From Candidatus Bathyarchaeota archaeon (GTDB lineage Archaea; Thermoproteota; Bathyarchaeia; Bathyarchaeales; Bathycorpusculaceae), in contig CAVYHV010000014.1 in assembly GCA_963768425.1 (NCBI GenBank), positions 96,001-160,000 on the forward strand: DNA of 64,000 nucleotides, given 5' to 3'. The notes beneath the pieces were generated by a model that did no database searches, was not told the DNA's origin, and saw nothing but the letters and a program-made list of their open reading frames with translations. The first letter of the stretch is position 1, and each line of letters opens with the position of its first letter. The translations under genes and the position numbers were made by a program. Shown here piece by piece: positions 50,124-60,947 of this stretch.

Positions 50124-50190
50124 CTCAAAGCGCCTTCCAAAATTTGATTGATGCTTTCTAAGGTTTAAAATTTCTGAAAAGCATGAAAGG

Positions 50191-50907
50191 TCAAAATTCT
50201 AATTCTCCGCTGATGAATTTGCGTGATATCTCGCTTTTCGGGTTTTCAAAGAAGTCTGTGGGTTTAGCGACCTCCACTATTTTGCCGTTGTAGATATGGA
50301 CTATTTCATCCGCAAGTCTTCTTGCCTGAGTGAGGTCATGGGTCGCCATAACTATAATGCGTTGAGCATCTTTCCGGTTTACTATGGCTTTCTCGATGAT
50401 GACGGAGTTGTTCGGGTCCAAATTGGCTGTCGGCTCGTCTAAAAGCAGAACATGGGGTTCAATCAGGAAAGCTCTGGCTAAAGCGATTCTTTGTTGTTCT
50501 CCACCCGAAGTCTTTTTTGCTCTGCGTTTTTCAAATCCTGAAAGCCTCACCGCTTGTAAAGCGTCAGCCACTTTTTTTGTGATTTGATCTTTTGGCACTT
50601 TCCTTATGCGCAAGCCATATACTAAGTTTGAGAAAACATTTGTGCTAAACATTACACTCTTCTGGAACACCAGAGTGGAAACTTTACGTAAAGCTTTGCA
50701 TTCGATAGGTTGATTATTGAAAAACAGTTTTCCAGCGTCGGCGTTTTCTAAGCCAGCCATAATCCGCATAAGTGTAGTTTTGCCTGCTCCGTTAACACCT
50801 AAAAGGACAATTATTTTGCCGCCCTGCAGATCTAGCGAAACTGAATGCAGAGCCTTTACGGCTCGATAGCTCTTCTTGACATCTACCAGCTGAAGACGGG
50901 CACTCAC
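50191..50907 (-). CDS. tupC: tungstate ABC transporter ATP-binding protein
   Basis: GVNGAGKT, SGGEQQR, LDEPTANLD; operon context. Confidence 0.85.
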   Translation of the reverse strand: MSARLQLVDVKKSYRAVKALHSVSLDLQGGKIIVLLGVNGAGKTTLMRIMAGLENADAGKLFFNNQPIECKALRKVSTLVFQKSVMFSTNVFSNLVYGLRIRKVPKDQITKKVADALQAVRLSGFEKRRAKKTSGGEQQRIALARAFLIEPHVLLLDEPTANLDPNNSVIIEKAIVNRKDAQRIIVMATHDLTQARRLADEIVHIYNGKIVEVAKPTDFFENPKSEISRKFISGELEF

Positions 50908-50910
50908 GTT

Positions 50911-51657
50911 TTAACCTCCACCTAAACCTCGCCAAAAGGACATTTTACCCCATAATCCCTCTTCTTGCCTGACCCGCTCTACGAGGCTTATCGTCAAAGC
51001 TAAAACGATCACTATTGCCATAAGCAATATCGCGTATGCCATGGCGACGTCGAAGTTTCCGAAGTCTATTTCCGTTGCAATAGCAGTGGTTAAAACTCTT
51101 GTTTCTCCAAGCAAGTTTCCGCCTACGATTGTTGCTATACCTAATTCGCCAAAACCTCTGTTAAAAGACGCAGTTATGGAAAGCACCATTGACCACACAG
51201 TTTCCCGAATAAGTGTTAGGTTCGTTCTGAACCCTGACGCACCAAGGGTTTTAGCTAAATCTCTTAGTTGAGTATCAGCTGTGCCCAGCGCGTTAGCGGT
51301 GAAACTTACTATGATAGGGGTAACCAAAATGGCTTCGCCGATTGCGATTCCATTTAGAGTGTAAAGCAAACGTAAAGAACCAAATTCACCATTCCTAATA
51401 AATAACAAAAACAAAAGTAATCCCAGCGCAACCGTCGGTATCCCTATTAACGCATTAAAGACGCCTTTGACGAACCATTTTCCCCTGAAATTGTATAAGC
51501 CTAAAGCTACAGCTATTGGAATACTCCATATGCAAGACAGTAGTGTTCCTAAACCCGCGACGTAAATTGATCTATAGACTGTTGAGTAAACTTCAGGATT
51601 GCCACTTATGATCAAGTTGATAGCTTGCTGAAAGGCTTTTACGATTATATCAGCCAT
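50911..51657 (-). CDS. tupB: tungstate ABC transporter permease
   Basis: IPTVALGL, G.L.LLYT, F.R...ELG...IVGGN....TRVLTTAI. Confidence 0.88.
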   Translation of the reverse strand: MADIIVKAFQQAINLIISGNPEVYSTVYRSIYVAGLGTLLSCIWSIPIAVALGLYNFRGKWFVKGVFNALIGIPTVALGLLLFLLFIRNGEFGSLRLLYTLNGIAIGEAILVTPIIVSFTANALGTADTQLRDLAKTLGASGFRTNLTLIRETVWSMVLSITASFNRGFGELGIATIVGGNLLGETRVLTTAIATEIDFGNFDVAMAYAILLMAIVIVLALTISLVERVRQEEGLWGKMSFWRGLGGG

Positions 51658-51705
51658 TCACATCACAAAAGAAATGGGGGGAAATTTATTTGAGCTTTTC
51701 CATTA

Positions 51706-53097
51706 TTATTCTTCGGTTATTTTACCGCCGCTTTGAGTGTAGTTTATCGGTTGAGTCATAACAGGTTTTTGGCTGTCAGCGAAAATATAATTTGCGTAGT
51801 TCAGCGAAGAACTGGGTTCCATGTTTGCCATTTGTACATCGTACGATGAAGTGTACAGGTTGCCTGCCTCGTATCGGTACTGTGGTGGGCATTCGGTACC
51901 ATTAGCGTTGATCACGGGAACTGAATTTATGTAAGCATAGCTTTGGATCCAACTGTATAACGTGGAGTTAGATGAAGGGTTGTTTGCTAAAGGCACAAAT
52001 GGGTTAAACAATGTCTGATTATAGCTCGCTACTCCATAGTTCGTAATTACCTGTTGACCTGCAGTGGAAACTAGCCAGTTGACAAAAGTCATCGAAGCAT
52101 TAAAGTTTGTATTCGCCAAGTTGGCGTTTTGTGGGTTGTCAATTATTGCGCTGTACACATTAAGAAGCGATTGTTGACCTTGAATCTGGATTTGGAGTTG
52201 TATATCTCCATCGTCATGGTATGCGTAGTATGTTCCCGTATCTGAAAGTGTATATCCGCCGATGTTGCCATAATAGTTGGCTGCTAGCAGAGTCGGTCCC
52301 ATGCCTGTGCCGGTAGCTTTGAACCACGGTAGAGTAAGAAGTTGAGTATAGTTGCTGAAGCCTGCGGCCTTCCAAAGAGCAATCTCTTTAGTATTTGTCC
52401 CAGAAGCATCGTCCCTTGAGAACCAAAGCACATTGCTTCCTGGGGTTTGTGCTGCGTTGTAGATATCTATCATCGCTTGGGTAACGTTAGTCATGCCGTT
52501 AATGTGTGCAGGGTCACTTGCTGGACCGACTATGACGAAGAAGTTATAAGCTACGATTTTTCGGTCTACGCCGTAACCGTCTGTTAAGAATGGCAGTTCC
52601 TGTGATGGAGAGTGGACCAGTAGCATGTCTGCTGAGCCTGACTCTGCATCAGTAATGGCAACGCCGGTTCCTACGGCAACGAAGTTAACTGTAATCCACG
52701 GATATGTTGCCTGGAAAGAATCTTTGATGTCGTCTTTAATTGTAGTTCCATTGGCCAAAACTTCTGGTTGGTCTTCAAGTCCTGTATCATAAAGGCTTGT
52801 GGTTGTTGCAACTGTTAACGTAGTCGGGCTAGGGGTCGGTGTTGGAGATGGAGTGGGAGATGGCGTGGGAGTTGGGCTTGAAGTCGGCGAAGCTGTTGCG
52901 GTTGGTGAGGGCGTTGCAGTTGTTTTGGGCGATGAGGTTGGGGTAGGTTTAGGTGTTGCTGTAGGCGTAGGTGTTGGCGTTGGTGTAGGCTTAGTGGAGG
53001 AACCTGAGTAAGATATGTAACCGAAAACTCCAACTATTATGATGACGATTACTACGATTGCTGCGATAATTACATAAATGCTTTTCATTTTTTTCAC
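51706..53097 (-). CDS. tupA: tungstate-binding protein with Pro/Thr linker
   Basis: [11 protein letters not shown] signature, GTG.A, VHSP, N.F..VGP..DPA, SRDD.SGT..KE. Confidence 0.88.
   Translation of the reverse strand: MKKMKSIYVIIAAIVVIVIIIVGVFGYISYSGSSTKPTPTPTPTPTATPKPTPTSSPKTTATPSPTATASPTSSPTPTPSPTPSPTPTPSPTTLTVATTTSLYDTGLEDQPEVLANGTTIKDDIKDSFQATYPWITVNFVAVGTGVAITDAESGSADMLLVHSPSQELPFLTDGYGVDRKIVAYNFFVIVGPASDPAHINGMTNVTQAMIDIYNAAQTPGSNVLWFSRDDASGTNTKEIALWKAAGFSNYTQLLTLPWFKATGTGMGPTLLAANYYGNIGGYTLSDTGTYYAYHDDGDIQLQIQIQGQQSLLNVYSAIIDNPQNANLANTNFNASMTFVNWLVSTAGQQVITNYGVASYNQTLFNPFVPLANNPSSNSTLYSWIQSYAYINSVPVINANGTECPPQYRYEAGNLYTSSYDVQMANMEPSSSLNYANYIFADSQKPVMTQPINYTQSGGKITEE
52824..52990 (-). 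repeat. Pro-Thr/Ser coding low-complexity linker in TupA
   Basis: [21 protein letters not shown]...SPTPTPSPT. Confidence 0.85.
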
Positions 53098-53112
53098 TGA
53101 TTTTAGGGAAAA

Positions 53113-53136
53113 CGATATGCTTATTTAAACATAACG
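53113..53136. promoter_or_regulatory. putative ModE-family operator overlapping the tupA TATA box
   Basis: CGATATG-N10-CATAACG; the spacer contains TTTAAATA on the minus strand. Confidence 0.7.
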
Positions 53137-53203
53137 GTGCAACTAAACGTTCTTATCACTATACTGCACAAAAAAGCAAAAGGGCGACAAAAACACAAAG
53201 CAC

Positions 53204-53428
53204 CTAAACGGGCAGCTTTCGTTCTTCCAGCAACTCGCCGAGAATTACCAATGCTTCTGCAAGCGGCATCCCAAGTCTTTCAGCCAACTCAGACGCGGTC
53301 ACATCTGCTTTCTGCGGCAAAATGCTCGAGCGGGTGTAAGCTTTATGGGTTGGGTACATTACTGAAGCGTGAATGGCTTCGACAAGCAACTGCCAAAGCC
53401 GATCTTTTGTGTACTCTTCGGGATTCAT
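53204..53428 (-). CDS. small hypothetical protein (HTH-like C-terminus)
   Basis: 74 aa; VTASELAERLGMPLAEAL. Confidence 0.6.
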   Translation of the reverse strand: MNPEEYTKDRLWQLLVEAIHASVMYPTHKAYTRSSILPQKADVTASELAERLGMPLAEALVILGELLEERKLPV

Positions 53429-53544
53429 GTGTGTTCAAACATGCATGTGTTAATGGAGTTATTAACCTAACGCAAAGCTAAAGACTATGTGCAATAAACT
53501 TAATACCTTGCCTTCGCCGATGGAATATTAGAGGTTGAAGTTTT

Positions 53545-54516
53545 TTGAGGGCAGTTGTTTATAGCGGACCACACAAAATCAATGTTGAAGAGGTCCCTGA
53601 ACCCAAACTGATAGGCAACAGGGTTCTTGTGAAATTTAAAGCTGGAAGCATCTGTGGCACCGATATGCATCTCTACAAGGGTGACTGGAAATGGATGAAG
53701 AAAGGCAGAATCCTTGGGCACGATGCTTGGGGAGTGCGCGTTGACACGGGCGAACGTGTGATTATGGTTCCTATCGTTAACTGCGGGCATTGTTATTTTT
53801 GCCTGCGGGGATTGCCCACTTACTGCACAAAAGGTAAGTTTTACGGGTTGACTCGGGACGGTTTCTTTGCCGAATCAAAAGCGATGTTGCCAAGAAGCTT
53901 AATTCCTGTACCTGAAAACGTCAGCGATGAAGAAGCAGCGGTCGTGGAGCCTGTTGCCTTGGCGCTTCGTGTGCTCGATTACATGAAGCCGAATCTTGGC
54001 GATTGGGTGACGATTATTGGGCAGGGACCGATTGGGTTGCTTATGACGCAGGTGGCTCAGTTGAAAGGTTGCCGCGTTATCGCGGTTGACCTGGATGATT
54101 ACCGGCTTGAATATAGCGAGAAGTTTGGTGCAGACGCGGTTGTTAACCCAAAAGACGAAGATGTTGTGAATGCGGTTAGGAAGCTAACAAAGCATGGTTC
54201 AGACTTAGTTATTGAAGCTGCAGGGAATAGAGAAACTGTTGAGCAGACGCCATTTTTGGTTAGGAAGGCTGGGAAGGTGGCTCTGGTAGGTGAATCGAAG
54301 GGGTACTTGAATTTGGAGGATGCTGATGAAGCATCGTTTTTTACAATTTATATTTCTCCTGTTGAATATCCGTCGGCTGTGGAGCTAATCGCTAGAAAAC
54401 TGGTGGATGTGAAAGGTCTCATAACCCACAGGTTCAAGCTTTCAGAATTTGAGAAAGCCTTGCAAACCGTCGACACTCCGGCAGAGAAACCTCTCAAAGT
54501 GATAATAACAGCATAG
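53545..54516 (+). CDS. zinc-dependent MDR alcohol dehydrogenase
   Basis: ICGTD.H, GHD, CGHCYFC..G...C, VEP, G.GPIG. Confidence 0.92.
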   Translation: MRAVVYSGPHKINVEEVPEPKLIGNRVLVKFKAGSICGTDMHLYKGDWKWMKKGRILGHDAWGVRVDTGERVIMVPIVNCGHCYFCLRGLPTYCTKGKFYGLTRDGFFAESKAMLPRSLIPVPENVSDEEAAVVEPVALALRVLDYMKPNLGDWVTIIGQGPIGLLMTQVAQLKGCRVIAVDLDDYRLEYSEKFGADAVVNPKDEDVVNAVRKLTKHGSDLVIEAAGNRETVEQTPFLVRKAGKVALVGESKGYLNLEDADEASFFTIYISPVEYPSAVELIARKLVDVKGLITHRFKLSEFEKALQTVDTPAEKPLKVIITA

Positions 54517-54627
54517 CTTTTCAAACTTTCACCATCAAGGATTTGCTGCACCCAATCATCTCAGGTGAACCGGGAAACTCAACATTTTATAATATAATGA
54601 TGTAAACTGTACTGAAGAGGAGCGCTT

Positions 54628-55425
54628 GTGTGGGAAGCGTTTTTGCCCGTTATCGGATTTCTAATCGGGCTGGTCTCAGTGATGGTTGGGCTCGGGGGAG
54701 GATTCTTAGTTGTCCCCCTGTTGACCTTGGTCTACGCTTTTGCTCCAGCGAACGCCGTCGGAACTAGCTTAGCAACAATTCTAATGACAACAGCTGTTGC
54801 ATCAGCGTACTTTGCAAAACAAAAGCAAACTTATTACAAAACGGGCCTAATCTTGGCTGTAGCCGCAGTTCCCGGGGCGATCTTGGGAAGTTACTTGACA
54901 GCAGAAGTGTCAGGGCAGATGATAGGCCTGCTTATCGGTGTTTTCTTGGTTTTTGTGGCGTGGCAAATGGCCAGTAGAAAAGGCGCAACGAATAGTTGTG
55001 AAAATTCAGAAGTTGATTCGGGTTTTTCTGAAAAAGAATTGCTCTCCAGAAAGAAAAGCGTGTTGTTTGGGCTTGTTCTCTGTTTTTTTGCAGGTTTATG
55101 TGGTGGTTTGCTGAGCATTCCAGGGGTGCTTCTGGTCCCCATTATGGTTTTGGTTTTGCGTATGCCATTTAAGACCGTAGCGGCAACTTCGGTTTTCATA
55201 ATGGTTTTCATTTCGTCAGCAGGGGTTGCTCAACATATCAGTTTAGGAAACATCAATCTTGAGTATGCGTTGCTTATAGGGTCTGGCTCGATGTTTGGAG
55301 GATTAATCGGTGTACATCTTTGCAAAATCACCAAGAGCCAAACGTTGCGTTGGGTTTTGGCAGGATTGCTTCTTTTTATTAGTTTACAGATGTTTCTAAA
55401 GTTCGGTTTGGGATTTAATTATTAG
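54628..55425 (+). CDS. TauE/SafE (TSUP) family transporter
   Basis: GLGGG..VP, AVGTSL, A.ATS; about 8 TM. Confidence 0.88.
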   Translation: MWEAFLPVIGFLIGLVSVMVGLGGGFLVVPLLTLVYAFAPANAVGTSLATILMTTAVASAYFAKQKQTYYKTGLILAVAAVPGAILGSYLTAEVSGQMIGLLIGVFLVFVAWQMASRKGATNSCENSEVDSGFSEKELLSRKKSVLFGLVLCFFAGLCGGLLSIPGVLLVPIMVLVLRMPFKTVAATSVFIMVFISSAGVAQHISLGNINLEYALLIGSGSMFGGLIGVHLCKITKSQTLRWVLAGLLLFISLQMFLKFGLGFNY

Positions 55426-55617
55426 ACGGCAAATTGGTTGGAAAAGCCATCATGCAAACTTGCCATGCCTCAGTTTTCTCATTTACTATGAACCAGTTAA
55501 AAATGAAAAGTCAACAAAATTGCGTATTGCCCCGTATCTCAGAAAAAAGAAACAAACTGCAAAAATCTTTTATTCATATCATGTTTAAGTTACGTAAATA
55601 CGTACTTGAGGGATAAA

Positions 55618-58258
55618 ATGGCTTCTTTTCCAACAAGCAAAAAGAAACTAAAAAGGAAAACGGAATCGGAACAAACTGGCACTAAGCGCAAGAAAACTGA
55701 AGATTCTCCAAAAGAGGCCAGGGAGCAAACAGAGTTTGACAGGAAACGCTTGGAAACCATCTTGGAGACGATTCCTTCAGCTGTGGTCATTATTGACGCC
55801 CCAAGCGGAAAAATCTCATACGTTAACAAACGTGCCATGCAGCTCTACGGTTTTGACACGTTAGGTCTTGGCTTGGACGAAAACGCGGCGAAAGTTAAGG
55901 CTAGGCGAGCGGACGGAACCGACTACCCAATCGAGGAAATGCCCGTAAGCCGTTCCCTAAAGTTCGGTCAAGAAGTGCGCAACGAAGAAATGATAATCGA
56001 ACGTCCCGACGGACAAGCCTTACTTATAGCCGCAAGCACGGCACCGCTAAGTGACATGAAAGGCAACATAACTGCAGCCATCGTCGTATTTGAAGACATA
56101 ACCGAACGCAAAAAGGCGGAAAAAGATCTGTTTAATCTCGCAAAGTTTCCGTCAGAGAATCCCTTTGCGGTGCTTCGAATCAACAGGGACGGCACGGTCA
56201 TGTATGCGAATGCAGAAAGTCGGCGGCTACCAAAACCAATCAGCGTTGAAGTCGGTGACATCGTCCGTCCGCTTTGGCTTAAGTATGTAACGGAGGCCTT
56301 ATCGTCTAACAGCAGGTCAGATTTTGAGGAAAGTGCTGAAGGCCGATGGTTCGAGTTTAAGGTAGCGCCAATTCTTTCCGAAGGTTATGTCAATATTTAC
56401 GGATCAGATATTACTAAACGCAAGGAAGCTGAAGAAGCAGCCAGAAAAGGCGAAGCTGCAATCGTTGCTTCAAAATATGCCAGAAGCCTAATTGAAGCCA
56501 GCTTAGATCCGCTGGTAACAATCAATGCTGAAGGCAAAATTACGGATGTCAACAACGCCACAGAGAAGCTACAGGATGCTCCAGAGGCAAATTATTGGAA
56601 GTGATTTTTCTGATTACTTCACTGAACCAGAAAAAGCCAAGCAAGGCTACCAAGAAGTTTTCGTCAAAGGATTCGTAAAAGATTACCCTTTGGCAATCCG
56701 CCACATATCTGGAAAAGTCACTGACGTCTTATACAACGCCACCGTTTACCGAAATGAAAGTGGAAAGATTCAAGGGGTTTTTGCAGCAGCGAGGGATGTT
56801 ACCGAACGAAAGAAAGCGGAAGCAGCGGTGCAGGCAGAACGGAAACGATTGTTTGATGTCCTTGAAACGCTTCCTACAATGGTTTGCTTGCTGACACCCG
56901 ATCATCATGTTGTTTTTGCCAACCGAAGTTTCCGCGAAAAGTTTGGCGAATCTCAAGGCAGGCACTGTTACGATTATTGTTTTGGAAACAAAGAGCCATG
57001 CAAGTTCTGTGAAAGCTTTGTTCCGTTCAAAACGGGGCAGCCTCATCATTGGGAAGTTAAAGCGCCAGATGGAAGCGTAATTGACGCCTACGATTACCCA
57101 TTCACTGACGTTGACGGTTCAAACTTAATCCTTGAGATGGACATTGACATAACGCCACGCAGGAGAGCCGAGGAACAGTTGCGCACCGCTTCATTATATG
57201 CAAGAAGCTTGCTGGAAGCCAGTCTTGATCCGCTGGTAACCATTAGCTCAGAAGGAAAAATTACCGATGTGAACAAGGCAACTGAAGACGCAACCGGATG
57301 TTCCCGTGAATTATTAATCGGAAGCGATTTCTCAGACTATTTTACCGAACCAGAAAAAGCTAAGGCTGGCTACGAAAAGGCGTTTACAGATGGCTTCGTG
57401 AAAGATTATCCGTTAGCAATACGGAACAAATCGGGAAAAATAACAGACGTTTTGTACAACGCAACAGTCTACCAAAACGCCGAAGGAAAAAACCAAGGAG
57501 TTTTCGCAGCCGCAAGAGACATCACCCAACGAAAAGCCATGGAGAACGAGCTCAGACAAACACTTGAAAAACTCAGACAGTCCAATGCCGAACTAGAGCA
57601 ATTCGCTTACGTTGCGTCGCATGATCTTCAGGAGCCATTGCGCATGGTTGCAAGCTATGTGCAGTTACTCCAACGTAGATACCAAGGAAAACTTGACGCG
57701 GAAGCCGACGAATTCATCGCCTACGCGGTTGATGGCGCCAATCGGATGCGCGGATTAATCGACGACCTTCTGACCTACTCACGTGTTGGAAGACTTGGCA
57801 AACCCTTCGAACCGACGAATCTCGATTCAACATTGAACATCGCTCTCAAGAATCTGCAAGCGTCAATCGCAGAAAACAAGGCCATTATAACACACGACAA
57901 ACTCCCAGTCCTCAAAGCCGACGGAGGACAGCTTGTTCAGCTATTCCAGAATCTAATAGGAAACGCTATCAAATTCCACGGTGCAGATCCTCCTTGCATT
58001 CATGTGTCAGCTAAAGATAAAGGAGGAGAAATTCAGTTTTCCGTGAAGGATAACGGTATAGGCATCGACCCGCAATACTTCGACCGATTGTTCAAGATTT
58101 TCCAGCGTCTTCACACCCGAGAAGAATATCCTGGGTCGGGAATTGGATTGGCAGTGTGCAAAAAGATCGTGGAGCGGCATGGGGGGCGAATCTGGATTGA
58201 GTCGGAACTGGGGAAAGGTTCAACTATTTATTTTACACTAAGTAAAAAGAAAGTGTGA
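55618..58258 (+). CDS. multi-PAS sensor histidine kinase (frameshift near 56565-56590)
   Basis: Repeated PAS unit YARSL.EASLDPLVTI; ASHDLQEPLR H-box, NLIGNAIKF, DNGIG, G.GIGL; two missing bases inferred by alignment to the internal repeat. Confidence 0.9.
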
Positions 58259-58262
58259 GAAT

Positions 58263-58703
58263 ATGAATGAAGTTAGGCCCGTCGATATTTTGCTTGTGGA
58301 AGACAATCCCGGCGATGTTCGGTTAACCAAGGAAGCGCTGAGAGACGCGAAAGTGCTGAATGAAATCTTCGTTGCCAGAGACGGTGTTGAAGCTATGGAA
58401 TTTTTGGGTAGAAAAGGACGATTTTCAAAGGTGCCTTTGCCTGATTTAATATTGCTTGACCTCAACTTGCCCAGAAAAGACGGACGCGAAGTATTGGCTG
58501 AAATCAAAGAAGACCCAATTCTCAAGCATATCCCAGTTGTTGTGTTGACGACCTCTAAGGCTGACGAAGACATAGTCAAAACCTACAACCTACACGCCAA
58601 CGCCTACATAACTAAGCCAGTTGACCTCAACCGATTTGCAGAAATCATCCATGTACTCAACGAATTCTGGTTCACAATAGTCAAGCTGCCGCCGAAGGAG
58701 TAA
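58263..58703 (+). CDS. response regulator receiver (Rcp1-like)
   Basis: ILLVEDNPGD, LLDLNLP, LTTS, ANAYITKP. Confidence 0.93.
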   Translation: MNEVRPVDILLVEDNPGDVRLTKEALRDAKVLNEIFVARDGVEAMEFLGRKGRFSKVPLPDLILLDLNLPRKDGREVLAEIKEDPILKHIPVVVLTTSKADEDIVKTYNLHANAYITKPVDLNRFAEIIHVLNEFWFTIVKLPPKE

Positions 58704-58709
58704 CCACCG

Positions 58710-60122
58710 ATCAAAATTCTTTTGATTGAAGATAACCCAGGCGATGCCCGCCTAATTAAGGAAATGTTAAAGGAAGAAAAATTCTCAGCTGAGAACTTGG
58801 AGCATGTTGAAAGACTTTCAACGGCGCGAAGCCTTCTAGCCGAAGGCGCCACAGATGTGGTGTTGCTGGATTTAGGTTTGCCTGACAGTCAAGGGCTCGA
58901 CACCTTTGAAAAGGTGCATTCCGCCCACCCACAAGTGCCCATCGTAATATTGACTGGGTTAAAAGACGACACTCAAGCCGTCGAAGCAGTCCGCAGGGGA
59001 GCACAGGACTACCTCAGCAAAGGAAAACTCGACGGACCACTCTTAGCCCGCGCACTAAAATATGCGGTTGAACGCAAAAAACTGGATGAAGCCGTCCAGA
59101 GGCAAGCTGACCTCATCGACCTCAGCCCAGATGCTATAATCACAAAAAAGCCTGATGACACCGTTACTTTTTGGAGTTTAGGCGCAGAAAAAATGTATGG
59201 CTATACAAGAGCCGAGGCTCTTGGGAAAAAAACACGGGCGCTTTTCAGAACAAAATTTTCGTCGCAGATGGAGAATATTGAAGAGCGACTGAAGAAAGAG
59301 GGAAAATGGTCTGGCGAGCTCTGTCACGAAACAAAGTCTGGATGTGAGTTGTCAATTCAAAGCTATTGGCAGGCGAGGTTTGACGAGAACGGTAACATGC
59401 TAGAAATCTTCGAGTCTAACGTGGATATAACTGAACGCAAGAACGCGGAGCGGCTGGCTGCTATTGGCGCAACTGCAGGCATGGTTGGGCATGACATCCG
59501 CAATCCGCTTCAGACAATTGCAGGCGAAGTGTTCTTGGCTCAGGGTGCATTAGTCGGCGTGCCCGACGGGGATTGCAAAGCAAGCCTTGAGGAAAGCCTT
59601 GACATCATCGAGCACCAGACAGAATACGTGAACAAAATCGTTCAAGACCTCCAAGACTACGCCAAGCCAATCAAGCCAGTCATAAAAGAAGTAGATTTGG
59701 AGAATGTCTGCGAAGAATTGCTTTCAAAAGCTAAAGTTCCCCAGAACGTTTCGGTGTCATGCCAAGTTGAACCTGAGGTTAAGCTTTTGTTGTCTGATCC
59801 CGACATAATTAAACGGGTTATGGTTAATTTGGTGACGAATGCAGTTCAAGCGATGCCTAAAGGCGGAAAACTCTGCATAAAAGCTTACCTGGACGGCAGC
59901 GACACCGTTCTAGTCGTTGATGATACAGGCTGCGGAATCCCCCAGGATGTTGGCGCAAAACTCTTCACACCACTATTTACGACAAAGGCTAAAGGTCAAG
60001 GCTTCGGATTAGCAGTTGTTAAACGAATGACGGACGCTTTAGGCGGCACTGTGAAGTTTGAAAGCGAAGTCGGGAAAGGAACCAAATTTTTTGTCCGTTT
60101 ACCCAAAGCAAAAAGCGAGTGA
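58710..60122 (+). CDS. hybrid REC-PAS histidine kinase
   Basis: IKILLIEDNPGD, LLDLGLPD, PAS, GHDIRNPL, NAVQAM, G.G.GL; start ATC 58710 or TTG 58722. Confidence 0.9.
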   Translation: MKILLIEDNPGDARLIKEMLKEEKFSAENLEHVERLSTARSLLAEGATDVVLLDLGLPDSQGLDTFEKVHSAHPQVPIVILTGLKDDTQAVEAVRRGAQDYLSKGKLDGPLLARALKYAVERKKLDEAVQRQADLIDLSPDAIITKKPDDTVTFWSLGAEKMYGYTRAEALGKKTRALFRTKFSSQMENIEERLKKEGKWSGELCHETKSGCELSIQSYWQARFDENGNMLEIFESNVDITERKNAERLAAIGATAGMVGHDIRNPLQTIAGEVFLAQGALVGVPDGDCKASLEESLDIIEHQTEYVNKIVQDLQDYAKPIKPVIKEVDLENVCEELLSKAKVPQNVSVSCQVEPEVKLLLSDPDIIKRVMVNLVTNAVQAMPKGGKLCIKAYLDGSDTVLVVDDTGCGIPQDVGAKLFTPLFTTKAKGQGFGLAVVKRMTDALGGTVKFESEVGKGTKFFVRLPKAKSE

Positions 60123-60260
60123 AAACTGTTTTTTTCGCGTTCCAATAGTATAGACCTCCATGAAATAATGCAAACTTTCGACTGAGAATTTTACCGCAAA
60201 GTATATTGCTCGTCGAGTTAGTGTTAACCCCAGTTTCGATTTGACTGGGAGCCAACATCT

Positions 60261-60947
60261 TTGCCAATAGAAGCAGTAATATTTGATTTAGACGGAACCC
60301 TTGCCAACTTCAACCTGGACTTCAAAGCGCTGCGTGCAGATGTGAGAAGCCACCTAATAAGAGCAGGCGTCCCAACATCAGTCCTGACCGTTAACGAAAG
60401 CATATTTGAAATGCTGAAAAAATCCGAAATATTCTTCAAAAATGGCGACAAAACGAATTCTGCCAAAGTTTTTGAACAAGTTCGCACTCAAGCTTTGGCT
60501 ATAGCTGAAAAATACGAAATGGAAGCCGCTACAACAACAAGCTTGCAAACAGGCGCCGTTGAAATGTTGAAAGAACTGAAGGCCATGAGTCTAAAGATTG
60601 GTTTATGCACCACAAACAGCGAAAAAGCGGCGAAGTACATTCTTCAACGCTTCAAAATCGAGGATTATTTTAAAACGATTGTCTCTCGAGACAAAGTCAA
60701 ATACGTCAAGCCGCACACGGAGCAGTTCGAGTTAGCGCTTAAAGCGTTGAGCGCAAAGGCGCAAGGAACCGTCATCGTCGGCGACAGCGTCGTTGATATG
60801 CAAAGCGCTAAAGAACTAAAAGCCATCGCCGTGGGAATTCCAACGGGCACAGCTACTTTAGAGCAGCTTAAGAAGGCCTCTTCAAACTTCATTATAACTT
60901 CTCTAAGTGACCTGCCAATGCTCATCAAAGAAATAAATAAACCTTAG
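60261..60947 (+). CDS. HAD family phosphatase
   Basis: FDLDGTL, TTN, KP, VGDS..D. Confidence 0.9.
   Translation: MPIEAVIFDLDGTLANFNLDFKALRADVRSHLIRAGVPTSVLTVNESIFEMLKKSEIFFKNGDKTNSAKVFEQVRTQALAIAEKYEMEAATTTSLQTGAVEMLKELKAMSLKIGLCTTNSEKAAKYILQRFKIEDYFKTIVSRDKVKYVKPHTEQFELALKALSAKAQGTVIVGDSVVDMQSAKELKAIAVGIPTGTATLEQLKKASSNFIITSLSDLPMLIKEINKP

Noticed and set aside
52824-52990. PT repeat as a novel element
   Set aside because: Ordinary Pro/Thr linker of archaeal solute-binding proteins
56470-57530. Duplicated segment as mobile element or misassembly
   Set aside because: Two diverged PAS domains within one kinase, differing at many synonymous positions
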